From: an uncultured delta proteobacterium
GTDB taxonomy: Bacteria; Desulfobacterota; Binatia; UBA9968
Assembly: GCA_963804165.1 (NCBI GenBank)
Contig: CAWDPO010000033.1
Location: 1-64,000, forward strand
Direction of reading: 5' to 3'
Length of the DNA stretch: 64,000 nt
A model generated the notes under the pieces. It saw nothing but the letters and a program-made list of their open reading frames with translations, made no database searches and was not told where the DNA came from. The position numbers were made by a program, and so were the translations under genes. This document shows positions 63,866 to 64,000 of this stretch, piece by piece; position 1 is the stretch's first letter; every line of letters begins with the position of its first letter.

Positions 63866-64000
63866 GGCAGGAAGCGTTGTTCTCGTTGTCACCCTCGCAA
63901 TGTGCGGAGCGGTCGCCGAGGCGCAGCAGTCGCGAAAGCTTCCCACCATCGGGATGCTCTACCCCGACTCGAAGCCTGGGGTTTGTCCCGACGGATTCGT
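63789..64000 (+). CDS. ABC_sub_bind family substrate-binding protein (5' part, runs off window)
   Basis: Own translation MNVQFQVRWLDSISRNRKSRIQNLKSAGSVVLVVTLAMCGAVAEAQQSRKLPTIGML; same leader as the 6917-8005 gene. Confidence 0.75.
   Translation, partial: MNVQFQVRWLDSISRNRKSRIQNLKSAGSVVLVVTLAMCGAVAEAQQSRKLPTIGMLYPDSKPGVCPDGF

Overview
Bacterial chromosomal window, GC-rich overall. The gene content (many orphan solute-binding proteins, UbiD, Rieske and cupin paralogs, AAAATC-type repeats) suggests a soil or sediment Ca. Binatota / 'Deltaproteobacteria'-type genome; this is inference. Scattered single-base indels point to an error-prone long-read assembly. (1) 1-4.4 kb: an Rv0081-type ArsR followed by an Ehr/Hyf-like membrane complex. 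(2) 4.5-21.4 kb: a visibly lower-GC, all minus-strand region closed by a second Rv0081-type ArsR. It holds orphan genes: PTS Enzyme I, RRM protein, cytochrome oxidase subunit I, ferritin-like and CorA-like proteins, ABC permease, NifS, Sdh1-type sdhCAB, pentapeptide protein and Pal. It also holds four tandem receiver domains that all have His in place of the phospho-acceptor Asp. (3) 21.5-30 kb: a tripartite tricarboxylate transporter with catabolic genes. (4) 30-38 kb: ettA, cls, DedA and insertion remnants. (5) 38-64 kb: a xanthine-dehydrogenase-family operon, a UGSC selenoprotein fusion with an in-frame TGA and SECIS-like hairpin, and an aromatic-acid catabolic region (2 Rieske, 1 dihydrodiol dehydrogenase, 2 UbiD, 2 cupins) interleaved with about 10 solute-binding proteins and no permease or ATPase. 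The best candidate for an undescribed system is the His-substituted receiver array co-located with a stand-alone Enzyme I. No rRNA, tRNA or CRISPR array was seen.
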